Assembly: GCA_964057225.1 (NCBI GenBank)
Contig: OZ059899.1
Span: forward strand, 11,470,001 to 11,534,000
DNA from: Auanema rhodensis
Lineage: Eukaryota; Animalia; Nematoda
Length of the DNA: 64,000 nucleotides
Reading direction: 5' to 3'
Below the pieces are notes generated by a model. It was not told where the DNA came from. It saw only the letters and a program-made list of their open reading frames with translations, and did no database searches. Of this stretch, positions 37,221 through 51,100 are shown one piece after another (position 1 is the first letter of the stretch; each line of letters opens with the position of its first letter). A program made the position numbers and the translations under genes.

Positions 37221-39259
37221 ATGAGGGCGTTTTTCTTACTAGTTTTGTTAGTTCTGTCGTCCTTAGCAATGCCAGGGAAACTACCTGATGAACTTGATAA
37301 CGAACCCACACCTGAGACACCAACCGACACATCTGATGGCGGATCCACACCTGAGACACCAACCGACACATCTGATGGCGGATCCACACCTGAGACATCA
37401 ACCGACACATCTGATGGCGGATCCACACCTGAGACATCAACCGACACATCTGATGGCGGATCCACACCTGAGACATCAACCGACACATCTGATGGCGGAT
37501 CCACACCTGAGACATCAACCGACACATCTGATGGCGGATCCACACCTGAGACATCAACCGACACATCTGATGGCGGATCCACACCTGAGACATCAACCGA
37601 CACATCTGATGGCGGATCCACACCTGAGACATCAACCGACACATCTGATGGCGGATCCACACCTGAGACATCAACCGACACATCTGATGGCGGATCCACA
37701 CCTGAGACATCAACCGACACATCTGATGGCGGATCCACACCTGAGACATCAACCGAGACATCAACCAAAGCACCTTCTACTACTAAATTACCATATGTTA
37801 ATGTATACTATGCAGGTAAGTAAAATCCTTACGCAGAAGAAATCTAAAATCTTTACAGATTTCAGTTTCTCATGTGATTTGGAAAAATCCTGTGTTTATG
37901 AATACAAGTTGCCTCAAAACAGTCCTCAGTTCCTGGCTACTGAGCAAAGCAGAATTGATAATTTTAATAACACTTTTATAGGAGACAAAAATGTGAGTAT
38001 TATTCATAATTGTGTAAAATGACATTAATTGCATGTTTCTGTAAACTATATTTATATTTATTCTTGTTTTAGAATGCTACTGGCCTAATTCAAGCTTATA
38101 CGAATATCACTTCTACACCTCAAACCGAGCTGGAAGCATTACAGAAAAGTCTCGATGAAGCCCAACAGTATGTTTCACCGTATGCTGACGAATAATACAG
38201 TTATTCAACTGCATTTAACCTTAAAAGCTCTTCATTTATGATAATCACTTTTTTAAGGCAATTAGACAATCTAAATTCGATATTAGATCAAGTTGAAAAA
38301 AATCAGGCGGACACCCAAACTCAAATAAATATATACCAATACTATGTGAATCAAATTATGCAAGATCGTCAGTCATGTCAATACCAATGTTTGAAACGTA
38401 GGATATCTGCTTTGTATATTTGATTATCAAGTATATTTGTATTTTCAGCTACCGATCCTTCACCAAGTCGTACGTTATAATACTATATATAATAATTGTT
38501 GTATTCATAACGAAATATTAGCCATTTTCATATAATAATAATCTATCTTTTCTTCCGAAATTGCTTACTTTTCTACGTTTCAGCTACCACTCCTGTATCT
38601 ACTACCCCATCACCGTGTACGGACGAATTAATGGAGCAGTGCAAAAATACATGCCTGGTAAATGATCAAGGAAAGCCATACTGTTCTCAATGCCCAGGAA
38701 ATTTGGATGGATCTTTATTATGTAAAACAAGTATGTGTATATCGCTAAATGTTTTTTTAAATCAATTCGTATGTTACTTTATTGTTTTTAGGTGGCCCAG
38801 GAGAAAACCAGAAAGCCTATTACGGACGATTCGTATCTCCTGGTTTCGATGTGACAAATGGCATCAGAGATGAACATCCATATGAAGCTGGCACAATTTA
38901 TAGTTGGAAATTAGATGGAAATGCAACTGTAAATCTGATCTTATCTTAATTCAAAAACATTCGATTTTTGTTTAGGTTACTACTGTTAACAAATTAAGCA
39001 TTACTGAACCAACTTCGCTTTTTATTAAAGCAAACGGTGTTAAAGCAAAGTAAGTTCTCAATTGAAAAATTCTCAAATAAACCATTAATGTTGTTAATTA
39101 TGTTTATTTTGCAGCATTAAATCAGAAAATACATTGAAAAGCCTTTTTCAAACCTATAATGGTCCATATCTGATCACTTTGACAATTGGAAAGGTTAATG
39201 ACAACAGTACGGAGTTTGATTTCTACCTTGAACCAAAAGAAGAAAAGTTCATCTTTTAA
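37221..39259 (+). CDS. Secreted protein: signal peptide, mucin-like repeat, coiled coil, Cys-rich EGF-like module, CUB-like C-terminus
   Basis: TTTTCAG just before the ATG. MRAFFLLVLLVLSSLAMP, then (TPETSTDTSDGGS)x11, then spliced exons SCDLEKSCVYEYKLP, LEALQKSLDEAQQ-QLDNLNSILDQVE, PCTDELMEQCKNTCL..PYCSQCPG..C, GRFVSPGF..YEAGTIYSWKL, to TAA at 39257-39259. Confidence 0.8.
37308..37766 (+). repeat. 39-bp coding minisatellite, 11 full units plus a partial
   Basis: ACACCTGAGACA(C/T)CAACCGACACATCTGATGGCGGATCC. Units 1-2 carry C (Pro) and units 3-11 carry T (Ser). Confidence 0.97.
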
Positions 39260-40626
39260 CTAAATTTTTTACAAAATGTTCATTTATTTGTATTAAATGT
39301 TTTCAAAATCTAAAATTCTTCATTTCTTCTGTCACATCGTTATTGCTATCTAATTCTGAAACCAGACAGATTTCAAAAGTACATATAAAATAATTTCATA
39401 AAGAACGATTGTTAAGCATAATATATGAGCTGATCTTGAAACATTTTAATTTTGAATTACACTTTATTGACACCAAAACTTATTTAATTTTACACAATTA
39501 TCATAATAGCTGATAACTTCTTCATGTTTATGAAGTTATCGGACAAATGCTTTTGAAAAAATGATGAGACAACTATAGAAAGATAAAAAAATTAGAATTT
39601 CTATAATGATGTATATCCTGTAGATAATAAGACAGGGAGAAGAAAAACAGAATGGAAAGGGTACATGGAAAATGGAAATATTTCTCTGAGTATATGAGAA
39701 GTTTCACGAGCAGTTTAGAAGACAGTTTCAGAGTTTCATGCTGGAGATATGCTTCAAAAAGTTTGAAATAATCTTTGCAAGCAAAGGACAAGAAGAAATC
39801 TCAGGTTTCATAGGCTAGAAAGACAAACTTCATGTATACGAGATGAATTCGTTCCAATGTAATGAGGGAATTGGATCCTAAGAGGTGGGCCTAGAAATGG
39901 GTATTAACTTTCTAAGAGAAAGACTCTTGGAAGAAAACGTTTATGGAGAGCATGAAAAGTGGACGATAGGTATGAAACTACAACTGAATTGAATTCAATG
40001 GGGTTAAAGAGAAAGATGATAAAAAGATTTATAGAGCTTTGTAGAATAGAAAAAATAATAGTATTGAAGATAGGAAAGAAATTGAAAACTAGAATATATA
40101 TATTACAAGATATTTAAGAGATTATTGAAATTTTACTAAATGTTTGTAAATGAAGATCATGAATCAAATAATAAATGAATTGAAATTTCTCTAACACACT
40201 ATTTAACAATCCAAATATATATTATATAAATGAAAGTGATTTTGAAATAAAAAAGAAAAAGGAAAGGAAACAAAGGAAACTATGAATAGTTACAGTGTGA
40301 ATATACGAATACTACACCCCAAATACATACCTATACATGAGTAGTTTAAACATCTAATACTAACACGTCTTTTAATATACGATTTAAATGCTTTTTGTTT
40401 GTAAAAATGTATGTTTTCTGTTTCTCTGATGGAGAATGAACGTGATTAGGTATATGAAGTAAGCTGTCAGCAAAAAATGAAAGTATATAGATTCGGATGA
40501 TGAATTTGCTCATAATTGCTTTGATGGATTATCAGACACAATGAGGCGGAATTGCAATCTACTTATCTTATATGCTTAACTATCGAATGCATGACTTCGG
40601 ATGCTTAAGATGACGCATTGTCAAGC

Positions 40627-41548
40627 TTATTGAGCGTCACAAGTAACTTCTGGAGTTGTTGACGTTGTTAACTGGCTACTGGGCACATGATCTGCCAAAA
40701 ACCTGGACCATCTCTCTTTATGGCGCATTTGTATGAGTTCAAAGTCGATTGACGCTAGCTGTACACAGGTCACGCTCTTCTTCAGCTCATTACGTAGTTG
40801 AAGAAAACGAATCTAAACTTTTCAAAGATGAAACCTCAAAACCATTAGAACGAACCTCAATTTGTAAGCGATTTTCATTAATTTCTTGAAGTTCTTTCAT
40901 CCAAACACAAACTTGATGATCTACCAAAAGAATTTCTTCTTCCAATATGGCCAACTCCGCTGCTGAATCTAAAAATCCGAGAAGTGAGTTTTCAAAATTC
41001 GTTTGATGTCTCTTACGTGATTTTTCATCAATGATTTTCCTAATCTGGGCATGTTTATGACGCAGAAATGTAGCTGTTTCTCCCAAAATTTCGAGTTGAG
41101 CATCATTTTGGGATAACTCACGACTGCATTCGGCGAATTGTCTGCAAAATGTCCAGTTTTGAATGATGAGCAATTGACCCAGTTTAGACTTTTTTCGACT
41201 TTTTATGATTCATCTCTCATTTTTGAAGCTTTTCATTTACGATAATGACGAAAAAATGAATATATTATCAAGATAATCTATTTTATTGATTATAATTTAT
41301 ATTATATATTATTAATATCTCATAAGATATGCACATTCTTAAAACTAACTCACCTGCATAAATCTTCATGTTTTTTACACGTGGCTTTTATTTCTTCCAA
41401 TTCAACATGGCCATCATGTGACTATAATAAAGAATATATTTAATTATATCTGAGAAAGAATTTCAAATTTTCAAATGTTTTACAGAAAAATTTCAAATAT
41501 TTCTAAAGTTAAACATGCCTTCACTGTCCTATACATGGGAGGAGCCAT
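40627..41548 (-). CDS. Hypothetical helical/coiled-coil protein of about 189 aa; exons 41519-41548, 41354-41421, 40856-41141, 40627-40812 (first exon tentative)
   Basis: Phase-consistent splicing gives MAPPMYRTVK-SHDGHVELEEIKATCKKHEDLCR-QFAECSRELSQN...NRLQIE-IRFLQLRNELKKSV...EVTCDAQ*. The first intron needs a GC donor. Confidence 0.7.
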
Positions 41549-44500
41549 GATCGCGATCTAAGAACCTTTGATCCTAAGGCTCCTGAAACGGAAATAAAAT
41601 TACTGTAATTCATCATGTGCTAAGGTGTATATACAAAAGATTTAAAATATTATATGATTGTGATAAAGAAATGAATAGGACCTCCTGAATAAATGCAGAA
41701 ATATGTAGATATTTCTATAAAAACTGAAAATAATGGTAGGAACTTTGGCCAAACAGCCAACCAGAACTCAGTAAAATTTACTTGTACATACAATTTAAGA
41801 TGAAAAAAGGAAGAAAACGAATTGCTAAGAAAGGAAGTTCAAGAGCAGATAGACGAGAGTGCGAGAGATATAAAAGAAAGAGTTGCGCAGGCGACAAAAT
41901 AGATCCCGAGGGATAAAGAGAGAGAGAGGGGGGATAAAATTCCGAGAGACGAATCAGGCTATTCGGACCATCATCCTATGTCTCCTGGTAAATCCGAAAA
42001 TGCTTCCGTTTTCTAAACCGAGCCGATCTGTTTGCTTTTATTCGATTCTTTATGCTTCACTCGGTTACGTTTGATACATAGCAGTTAACTTATAGTCAAT
42101 AGAAATTAAAAGAAAGATTTGTATTTTCTCTTGATACAGCAAGTAAGAGAGAAATGTGAAGAGCACCGTAGAAGAGAGAGAAGGCATGATGATATTAGAA
42201 GTAGCTCAGAGTAGTAGCACCATCCATATAGAACATTTGAACGATTGCATATCTGAAAAGGTATGCTACATCACACTATCGTTTTGATTAGCAAAGGAGT
42301 AGAATTCATTTTCTTTACCCAACTCTTTACATGCTAGCTGGCTAGTTGAAGGAAGAGTGTGGGTTTGAAAAAAGAAAATACTTCCTGCTAAGCATTCGCA
42401 ATTTCCATTCACAGGATAAGACTACAAATTTGCTTCCGAAGCTGAGAATTTTCTAGCAAAAACAAAGGTACGAACTGATTACGGTAGTAATATTATGTAC
42501 TTCTTGAGAGAGTTTGATCTAAAGAATAAGTCTTTTCATGTGCCATGCAGTGCATAACGCTATACTTGTGTGAGAATATAAGAAAATATACGCAAAAATA
42601 AAAATAATACTCTCTACTTTACTTTAGGAAATAACCAAGAATTATTCTAAAATTTTAAAATAATTTGGAGACTAAGGGATGAACACAGAAAGAGCGACCT
42701 ATGAGAGCAATTAACAAAGAAATAATTAAATTATTCGCTTGAAGTATCACGCAAGAACTCCCAATCTCGTTATGAAACCCTGTTTTTGAACGTTGATTGG
42801 CACGTGAGAGGTACGCAAAAAAGATGGCCGAGAGAGAAAAAAAGAAGAAGAAGCAATAGGAAACAGAGCAAAACGAAGGAGGAACAAAATTACTTTACAA
42901 TCAGATAAAGTAGTATTGGACATGTGTCGGATAGCTAGAATGAAACGATATTGAAATGTAATTTGTAAGAACGAGACAAATGCTGTGCAGGCAATTATTT
43001 CGCCTGAGGGCAAAAAGCAGCAAAGGCTTTTGGAAAGCCAGGTGCTACATGTAGCCTGTCTACTAATCACTTTTTTTCATAGACGAGTGAGATCATTTCG
43101 ATCATGTAAATTGCTGTATTATCGTAAAGTATTACACCGATTTCGAACTGCTATCAATTAAAAACGACAAGCAGTTTGTGTGATGTAAAAAAATAAAACT
43201 TAATCTTTATCAAATCGATGAAATTTAAGCTTTTTTGACTAGTCTTCCATGTCACTCATACACTTAAACAGACACGCATACACACATGTACAAACAGTTT
43301 TACAAGATCTTCATTGAGGCATTTACTTATATTTCGTTGAAATCTTGTTAATTTTCTTCATATCTTCAAGTATTGTTTCTATTCTCTTTCATACCTCAAG
43401 TCTTATAGATAAACATACTAAAACATACTTAAATGAACCACAAATATAGATAAGAATACATTTTCTTATAAATCAGCAAAAAGAAAATGAACAATTTGAA
43501 CTGACACTGAAACAGATCAATCAAACCATGCCGTATGTCATGGTGGGGAATGTCTAATCTTCGAGAATCACTTGCTTTGACGACATTTTGTCTATCCAGA
43601 ATCAGTCCATAGACAAAAACGTCGTTGAGCTCAAATATGGGCAAGACCAGAGACATGACAAAGTCCAAAGTCTGACCTACTACGAATGGTCTACCCCGAA
43701 TCCCTCTTCTCTCATTTTCTTCATTCACATTCCTCTATCTCTTTGCCTTTCCTTCGCTGCCTTCCTTTTTTTGCAACTTTTTTTGGTCCCAGAAGAATTG
43801 GGGTCTGCAACACAATAGCAAAAATGGACAGAAAAAATGAGTCAGAGTGCTTTGAAATGATAGGATTATGATGATATATCAGATTGTACTGAATTGTCTT
43901 TGGAAGCAAAATCCATTTTCATTATTTTCAATTAAGTACAAAAAACGTCATTTTCAAATGTGCGAACTTCGCAACATCTTGTTTCATTCGTTGAGAAGAA
44001 GAAGAAAAAAAAGTTGAAAATTTAAGAGCATTAATTGAGAACAATTAATTAAGAAATGAAGCAGAAGGTGTTGAGTTAATGACCACAAAGAAGACATAAA
44101 GTCCGAGTTTCTTAAAACAACTGCTTGAATTTATTCTTTTTTATTCGCACACATAAGCTCTTTCGCCGTACTTTATATTACTCTCCCTCTATCTTTATTT
44201 TCCTTTTTTCATAACCCACCTCTCAATCTCAATCCTCTTTCTCTTTCTTTTTTTTTCCAGTTCTCTCAATTATTAATTTAGAAAAGAAACAAGAGTTAGA
44301 GAGAGAGGAAAAGGGTTGATATATAGAGCAAACGATTTATGAAAAGAGAAAGAGAAAATAAAATGACAGGAAAAGGAAGCAAAAATTATAAAACATATGT
44401 AATGAAGCGAGAAAAAACACTTTTTGAAACACGCTTGGCTGTTTCATCCACGATTTAGCTGATTGCTTCCCCCTCCTTCTCAGCCACCCGCAACTTGGTA

Positions 44501-47500
44501 TACATTACCTTAAAATATTTAATATCAAAGTAAATATTGCAAGACAAAGTGTATACATTAAAGAGAAGATAAGTAAACCAAACTTGCAAAGGAAATATAA
44601 ATTTTAAAATTTTCTTTCATCGCAAAAAGCTATGAAAAATATAAAAATTAGTATTACTGTTTATTCGTTTAGCTGTAAGAAGGACATGTCAATCTAATTT
44701 TCATTTTTTTCAACAAAAGCCGAATATGAATAAATTATAACTTTCGTTCCATGAAAAGCTACAAATCATTATATTCATTGTAAGAACAAAGTTTTTATTT
44801 TTGAACATTTTTTCTGCTACATGATACGAGCATTTAACTATAAGTAAACTATATTATATATAATATAAATTAAAATAAATGTTATATTCTTATAAAATAT
44901 ATCTGAAATACTTGTGATGTACTCATGTATTCATGTTAAAAGCTAAGCTACAATCTGTTTGATTGAAGCAAAGCGATTAAATGCGTAAAATCTAAAGTTC
45001 TTGAGCGTTTAATTGAAATAACAAATAACAAATACTAGAAAAAATCATAAAAATTTTCATAAAATATTCACATAATCCATAATTCTTATATAGTTAATAC
45101 GAGCAATAATGGAATAGTAAAGTTTTATTATCTATAATTATGAATATTTATCAGTATTCCAGAAAATCGCTAACGACAAAATCGTGAATGTTTTTTATTG
45201 TAAAGTCTTATTATGAGAATTCTATCGGCTTATTTAAGCTTATAATTTAGAGAATGTGGGGAAGTTTTTCAAAAAATTGAGACAAAATAAAGGAAATTAT
45301 GAATTAAGCTGCAGTACACTCTGAATTATGCCAAATCCATTGGATGAGGCAGCAATGATGAACTGGCAGAATTCACACTCAATATGCAGCATTTAAATGC
45401 AAATCTGAAAACTTGAACATCACAGTGTGTTCAGGTGAATAACTTGATAAACGTTTGAGAATTCGAATGATGATATAGAGAGATTCGTAGTTTTCTAATT
45501 TTACGAAAAATGCTGTCAAAAGATGTTATAGAAGTAGAGAAGACTAAACTGAATGTTAAATAAACAGAGGCAAACCAGTAACTTAGTAAAGAAAAGTAAG
45601 AAAGATGATCTGACTACAATACAGAAACTTCAGCTTTGATCGAGGATTGGTCTAGAACGTAAGAGCATTGTTACGTTAACCAGCTGAGTCTTTGTCTCTA
45701 AGCTTGAAGACCGAACAGCAAATTGAAATGAAAACTAAGACCACAACCTATACAAAGGCTTGTACAGCCTATACAGCCCTTAAAGCAAGTGAAGAACAAA
45801 GCGTGAATAGAGTAAGTATGAATGTAAGTGAGACAAAACCAAATCTGAAGCAGAAAAAGCTGACCAAAAGACAAGCCATTAGCTATTGCCTCTTGTGCTC
45901 ATAAATAAATAACTTGAAGTCAAAACGACTACATATAGCATATAAGAGATGTGATATGATATGGTTGTCTGAATACGATCAGATCAACAGATGTAGTGAA
46001 GAGCCAACGCAAATGCCACTTCATATGATTGAAAATGCTAAGAAAATTCGAAAAAAACATTTGTGCTTCTGGTGACGACGAAGGCTGATGCATGCAGATA
46101 GCCATTGGGTTTGCGTTCCAAGTACGAAATGCTACTTCAACAACTCTATTCCGCTAAGTGTTCACGAAGGGGGTGGAGATGCTCGGAAAAACTACGTAGG
46201 AATAGATTTTGCCATGCTCTCTTGCCGTTAACTTCTCTTTGCTCTAAGTATATCCAATCTACTCTTATCCATATGCTCTGTTTCATATTCTCTTTCTCGT
46301 ATCCGGTAATACTTGACAGCGAATGTTTTTTATTCATTTGAAGCATAGATCGAAGTACTTTGTCCATCAAAAGAAAGGTAAAATGTTTAAAAAAGCTGAA
46401 GACAACCATCAGATAGAAGCAAATATAAACTGAAAATTTTCTTATCTCATAGTGTTCAGCTAAAAGAAGGATCATAAGAAGAGAAAAATTATGAATTGCG
46501 AAGTGGAAAAGAATGAGAAACAATCTTTCAACTCTTCTGTTTCTATACACTTAGTTTTCATCTTGTTTTTATAATAATTGATGAGAAAAAAATAAAAATT
46601 AGATTATTCGAGATTATGAGAATACATAACGCATACATATTCACATTTTTTGTCTTAGAGAATCATAAGGAATGACCAAAAATGAAAGTTCAAAACATCA
46701 AATGGATATGGAGATGTAGTCTGAAGTACATATCGTATATGGGCTTCGGTCGAATTACATGGAGACACAGGTGCTCTTATGAAAATGGACAGAATGTACA
46801 TAACCCTTCGTTAACATGATTGATTAAGAATGTCTGAAAGGGCAAAACTCAAAGAGTTCAAGTTTAGTGAAACTGCATGGTAACACATGAAAAAAAGAAA
46901 TGGATAGCAAACGAAAAGGATAAAAACTAGGGAAAGAAAGTGCAAGAGACTAGGAAGAAAAGAGAGAGCGAAGACAAAAGCGAGGACGAAAGAGGAAGAA
47001 TGAGAGAGTGAATTACAGAGAAAGAGAGAGATAATATATGAAAGAAAGATGAATGGGATACATAGAGGAAGAACAGAGAGCAATATAGAAGGAAGACAAG
47101 TAAAAAAACCACAAAAAAATTCAAAAAAAAAAAAAAGAAACTAAAAAGAACAAAAGAGCTGATGGGAATACAGCAAGACTATTGGGCAATGCTGGTAATT
47201 AGACCGAAAAGATGGATATAAGCTTAACAAAGTCCATATAAGGCTTTTGAATACTTCAATTTGATATTCAAATGTTTGCAAGAAGAAAAAACTTTAAAAA
47301 AAAGTAATGGCGACAGAAAGAGAGAGAGAGGGAGAGAGAGAGAGAGAGAAATAAATTTTTAGTTCTGATTGTGAAGCCTAGTTGAGAAAGTTTATAAAGT
47401 TAAGAAAAATAATGGTAAAATTTCAAGCCTTTATACTGATTTTATTAGAAAAAGTAGGCTCTAAAATTTTCTATTTTCATTTGAGTAATCTCTTTGATAG

Positions 47501-48157
47501 GAAATTGCTTCGTTTTATAAAACTAGTAATTTATACTATTAGCTAAAACAATATTCTGATATTTGATAACTTATCCTGATTTTAATGGCACATAAAACTT
47601 CCTTATGACATATATTATGATAACTATGTATGTAAATAAGCTGAGAATCTAATGTTGTATGAATGTATACTATAGGTAGAACTAACAGTATTATATTTGT
47701 GAGAATGTATGTTGAACTCGTAGTTGAGTAAGCAGCACTTGCATGAGGATATTCAGCGAGAATCCATTAGAATTTTTTGGATGAAAATAAAGACAAATAT
47801 GATGCAATGGAGTTATACAAATCATGTTAGCTCATGTCTGCAGATTTTCAGAAAAAAATTCTATAACATGTTCTAGCTTTTGCTACTTATGATTATGGTG
47901 TTAGGTGAATTGCTTGTTAATGATGATGCAACGACTGCAGCTCAGTTGTAGCAAGTAATCAGGTTATCTACGTCAGAATATCATCTGATGTAATATTGTC
48001 TAACATGCACAAATGATGATGCTGAACGAATATATATGAGGGTAAAGCTGTTTGTACGGATATATCTGAGAATAGTTGAAAATTGAATCGAAAGATAAGC
48101 CCTGAGGCATAATCTGAACATCGGCAAAAGTTGAATGCAAAAATGAAAGATAAAATG

Positions 48158-48194
<37 letters not shown>

Positions 48195-51100
48195 GAGAGA
48201 TACATAGATAGGGAATTCATATTGAACGTTATATGCATAACTTGTTCTACATTTTGTCTCTTTATTCGTCTTTTCGTACTCATATGGCTGCTCCTCAGCA
48301 TCTCGTATGATCTATTCGTTCTACGGTTTTTTTCTACCCTCCCATTTCTCAAATTTTTAGGAGTCGTTTGTCAATTTTAGGCAGTCGTCGGTAGAGCACC
48401 GACACGCTACTATCTGATATTAGGTTATGACTTATGAATGTTCAAGTTTAGACACAGACAAAACGGAACGTAGAAGTTTCATTCTGTCTAATAGCTTCAT
48501 GCTTGGGTTTGGCCCTCACCTTCTTTACTGTCGCTTATCAGGCGAGTGCGATCTGGAATATGCTGGTGTACTCGATAAACTATCAAATAACTGAAGCTTG
48601 CACACAACTTCACACTATGGGTGTAGGGAGTTTAGAATATTTTCAACAAAGCTGGTTGCGTATACTATCTAAACTTCTTATAATATAAGTTTTGAATATG
48701 ACATATACTAGTATTTCAAACATTAAAATAATTTCTTCGAAATATGTACGCAATTAATCTCATAATTATATGAATATGAAACATAAATGCACGTAAATAT
48801 GAGAAAATTAGAAAGAGAGGCTCCGCAAAAGGTTTAAAGCTCTAACTAAAGCCTATTGTACAATGTGCAGGGAAATACGAATGATGAGCCATATCTTTGC
48901 CAGACTGCAGTATCAACTTTGAGGATATACGTTGTATTATTATTCAACATTTTCAATAAAATTAAACTGAATTGGTAAATAAGCAAATAAAGGAAAAACA
49001 AATAAGAGTATTGATCAAATTATCAGATTTTTTGTAAATTTAATGGAAAGTAAAACTAAAAATATCACATTTTACCTAATAGATAGTATAGTTTCCATAA
49101 ACAAACGAAGTAAAGCAAGATATATATCTAGGATTTCCCATAGCGATTTAGCCTTAGGGCATATTCAAGTGTTTGTTTTATTTTGTTTTTTTTTTGGTTT
49201 TTATTTTGAAAAAAGTTGGAAAAGATGAGACTGACAAAAAACTAAAGTAATGGAGACATATATTAGCCTGACGTGCAAGCTGTACGATTTTCGGGAAGAT
49301 TCATGCTTAAGAAACAGTATGAGCATACAGGGCCAGCATTATAGGAGGAGGAACTTGTTGGATCAAAGTCTGTAGAGCTTGGAAAGACTTTATCTTTAGA
49401 ATTTCGAAAGAAGAATGAAACTGAAATGGCATTGTTGACGTCATGTGCACACTACTGCATACTCATTGTCAGTTTTTCAGATGAATAGCAGAGACAGTGC
49501 AAATTAGTGTTGGGTGATGAAGAGAAGCCACATGGCAGGCAGATTCTGAATGGACATTGGCATAAAATAAGAACGCATAATCATAAAATCGTTTGGAAAT
49601 TGGGTGCAAGCGAGCACAGCTAAGAGAGTAGTGAATTTGAGACAAGTGAGTACGAAACCATAAAAAAATAAAATAGGAGGAAATTTGAAATAAAAAGAGA
49701 GAGAAAGTTAAGCATTAAAAAAAGAAAAAAATGGGTGATAATGACATCATTAGGCTATTAACTTAATACCTAACCATGTAATGTACATAATTTAGAAATG
49801 AATGTTATTGGAATTTAGATGAACCTTCAAATGGTCAACATGTAAAGAAAAGGTTCAAGTGATATATGAAGATTGAGTTGCAACAATACTTAAGAAAATG
49901 AAAGGCAAACGAAAAGTATAAGAAATTCAAAAGAAAAAAAGAGAGAAAAATGAAAAAAGAATACAAAGAAAAGAAATCTTCTGCTCATTTTGGTCCAATA
50001 GACAGATTATGAAAAAATGTGGAGCTGTTCTAGAAAGGAATACATCAATCTGAAATTGGTAATCTCAGATCTTCTTTCTCTTTCTCTCTTTCTCTCTATC
50101 TCTCTTACTCCCTCTCTATTTTAAGTTTTACCTATATAACTTGCATATGCCATCTTTTTATAATAACAGTAGCAAGTTACAAGTACAAAAGAATATTTGA
50201 AGAAAAGTAATTGAAATAATGAAAAAACTTTTATTCTTTTTAAAAATAAATTATTTGTTTATGATACAAAACTATATATAATCTGATAATATGGCTTGAT
50301 GTTTATGAAGAGCTAAATGTGAAATATAGATGGACATATGAACTCCTCTGAGAGAAAAAGAACAAAAGAGTGACAAACTACATAGAAAATGTTTTTTTTT
50401 CTTTTCAAGAAAAGAACAAACAAAATATAGATGATATTTTACTTTTTTCAGTCATTTTTTTGCTTATTGTTCACTAACAGCATAAAATCAAAATAGTCTT
50501 TATAACCTTTCTTTGTTTTATCTTATCAAAAGTCTCACTTGATTCTCACTACTTGAACTATTGTGTAATCCCTTCGGAATTTCAACCTTTTATTATGCTC
50601 AATATAAGCATTTTTTTATTTCTTTTGAGATATATCGCATATACTACAGGTTTATATCTAATGTCGTTATTTGGCTATGCTTGCACATCCATATAGAGTA
50701 AATGCTGGACGTTTGTTGGGCTGAAGGATAGGCATGTCCGCCGTGACTGCTGGAGAAGGGGGAGGCTGACGATGATGGTGATGATGATGATGACGATGAA
50801 AAAGAAGAAAAAAAAGGAAAAGAAGAGGCAAAAGATGAGAACCATGAGCACTTAAGTAGTGCTCTCGAATTTGGAACACACAATTTCGTATAGTTGCATC
50901 TCATTCTTTCTGTTTCGGCTGTTCTCGTTTTTTTTAATGTATATGTCATCTGCAGACGATGAAGCCGCGGAAAAAAGCCTAAGAGCAGCTCTACAGACCC
51001 AACATGAGTACTACAGAGATGATAAAGGAAGCACAGTCTAGTGGGAACACAAAAATGATAGAAATGAATGAAGGAGAGAAAGAAAGAGAGATAGAAAGAG

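Noticed and set aside
37193-38022. Three additional long ORFs over the 39-bp repeat on both strands
   Set aside because: A stop-free unit whose length is a multiple of 3 opens several frames. Only the Thr/Ser frame has a signal peptide and splices onward.
42215-42236. TAGCACCAT mir-29/83-like start
   Set aside because: Only the seed matches and there is no convincing hairpin.
43088-43110. TGAGATCATT bantam/mir-80-like seed (also on the minus strand near 51889-51899)
   Set aside because: No complementary arm to form a pre-miRNA hairpin.
47920-47990. ATGATGA...CTGA as a C/D snoRNA
   Set aside because: The terminal stem is weak, I recognise no rRNA guide, and these motifs are common in AT-rich DNA.
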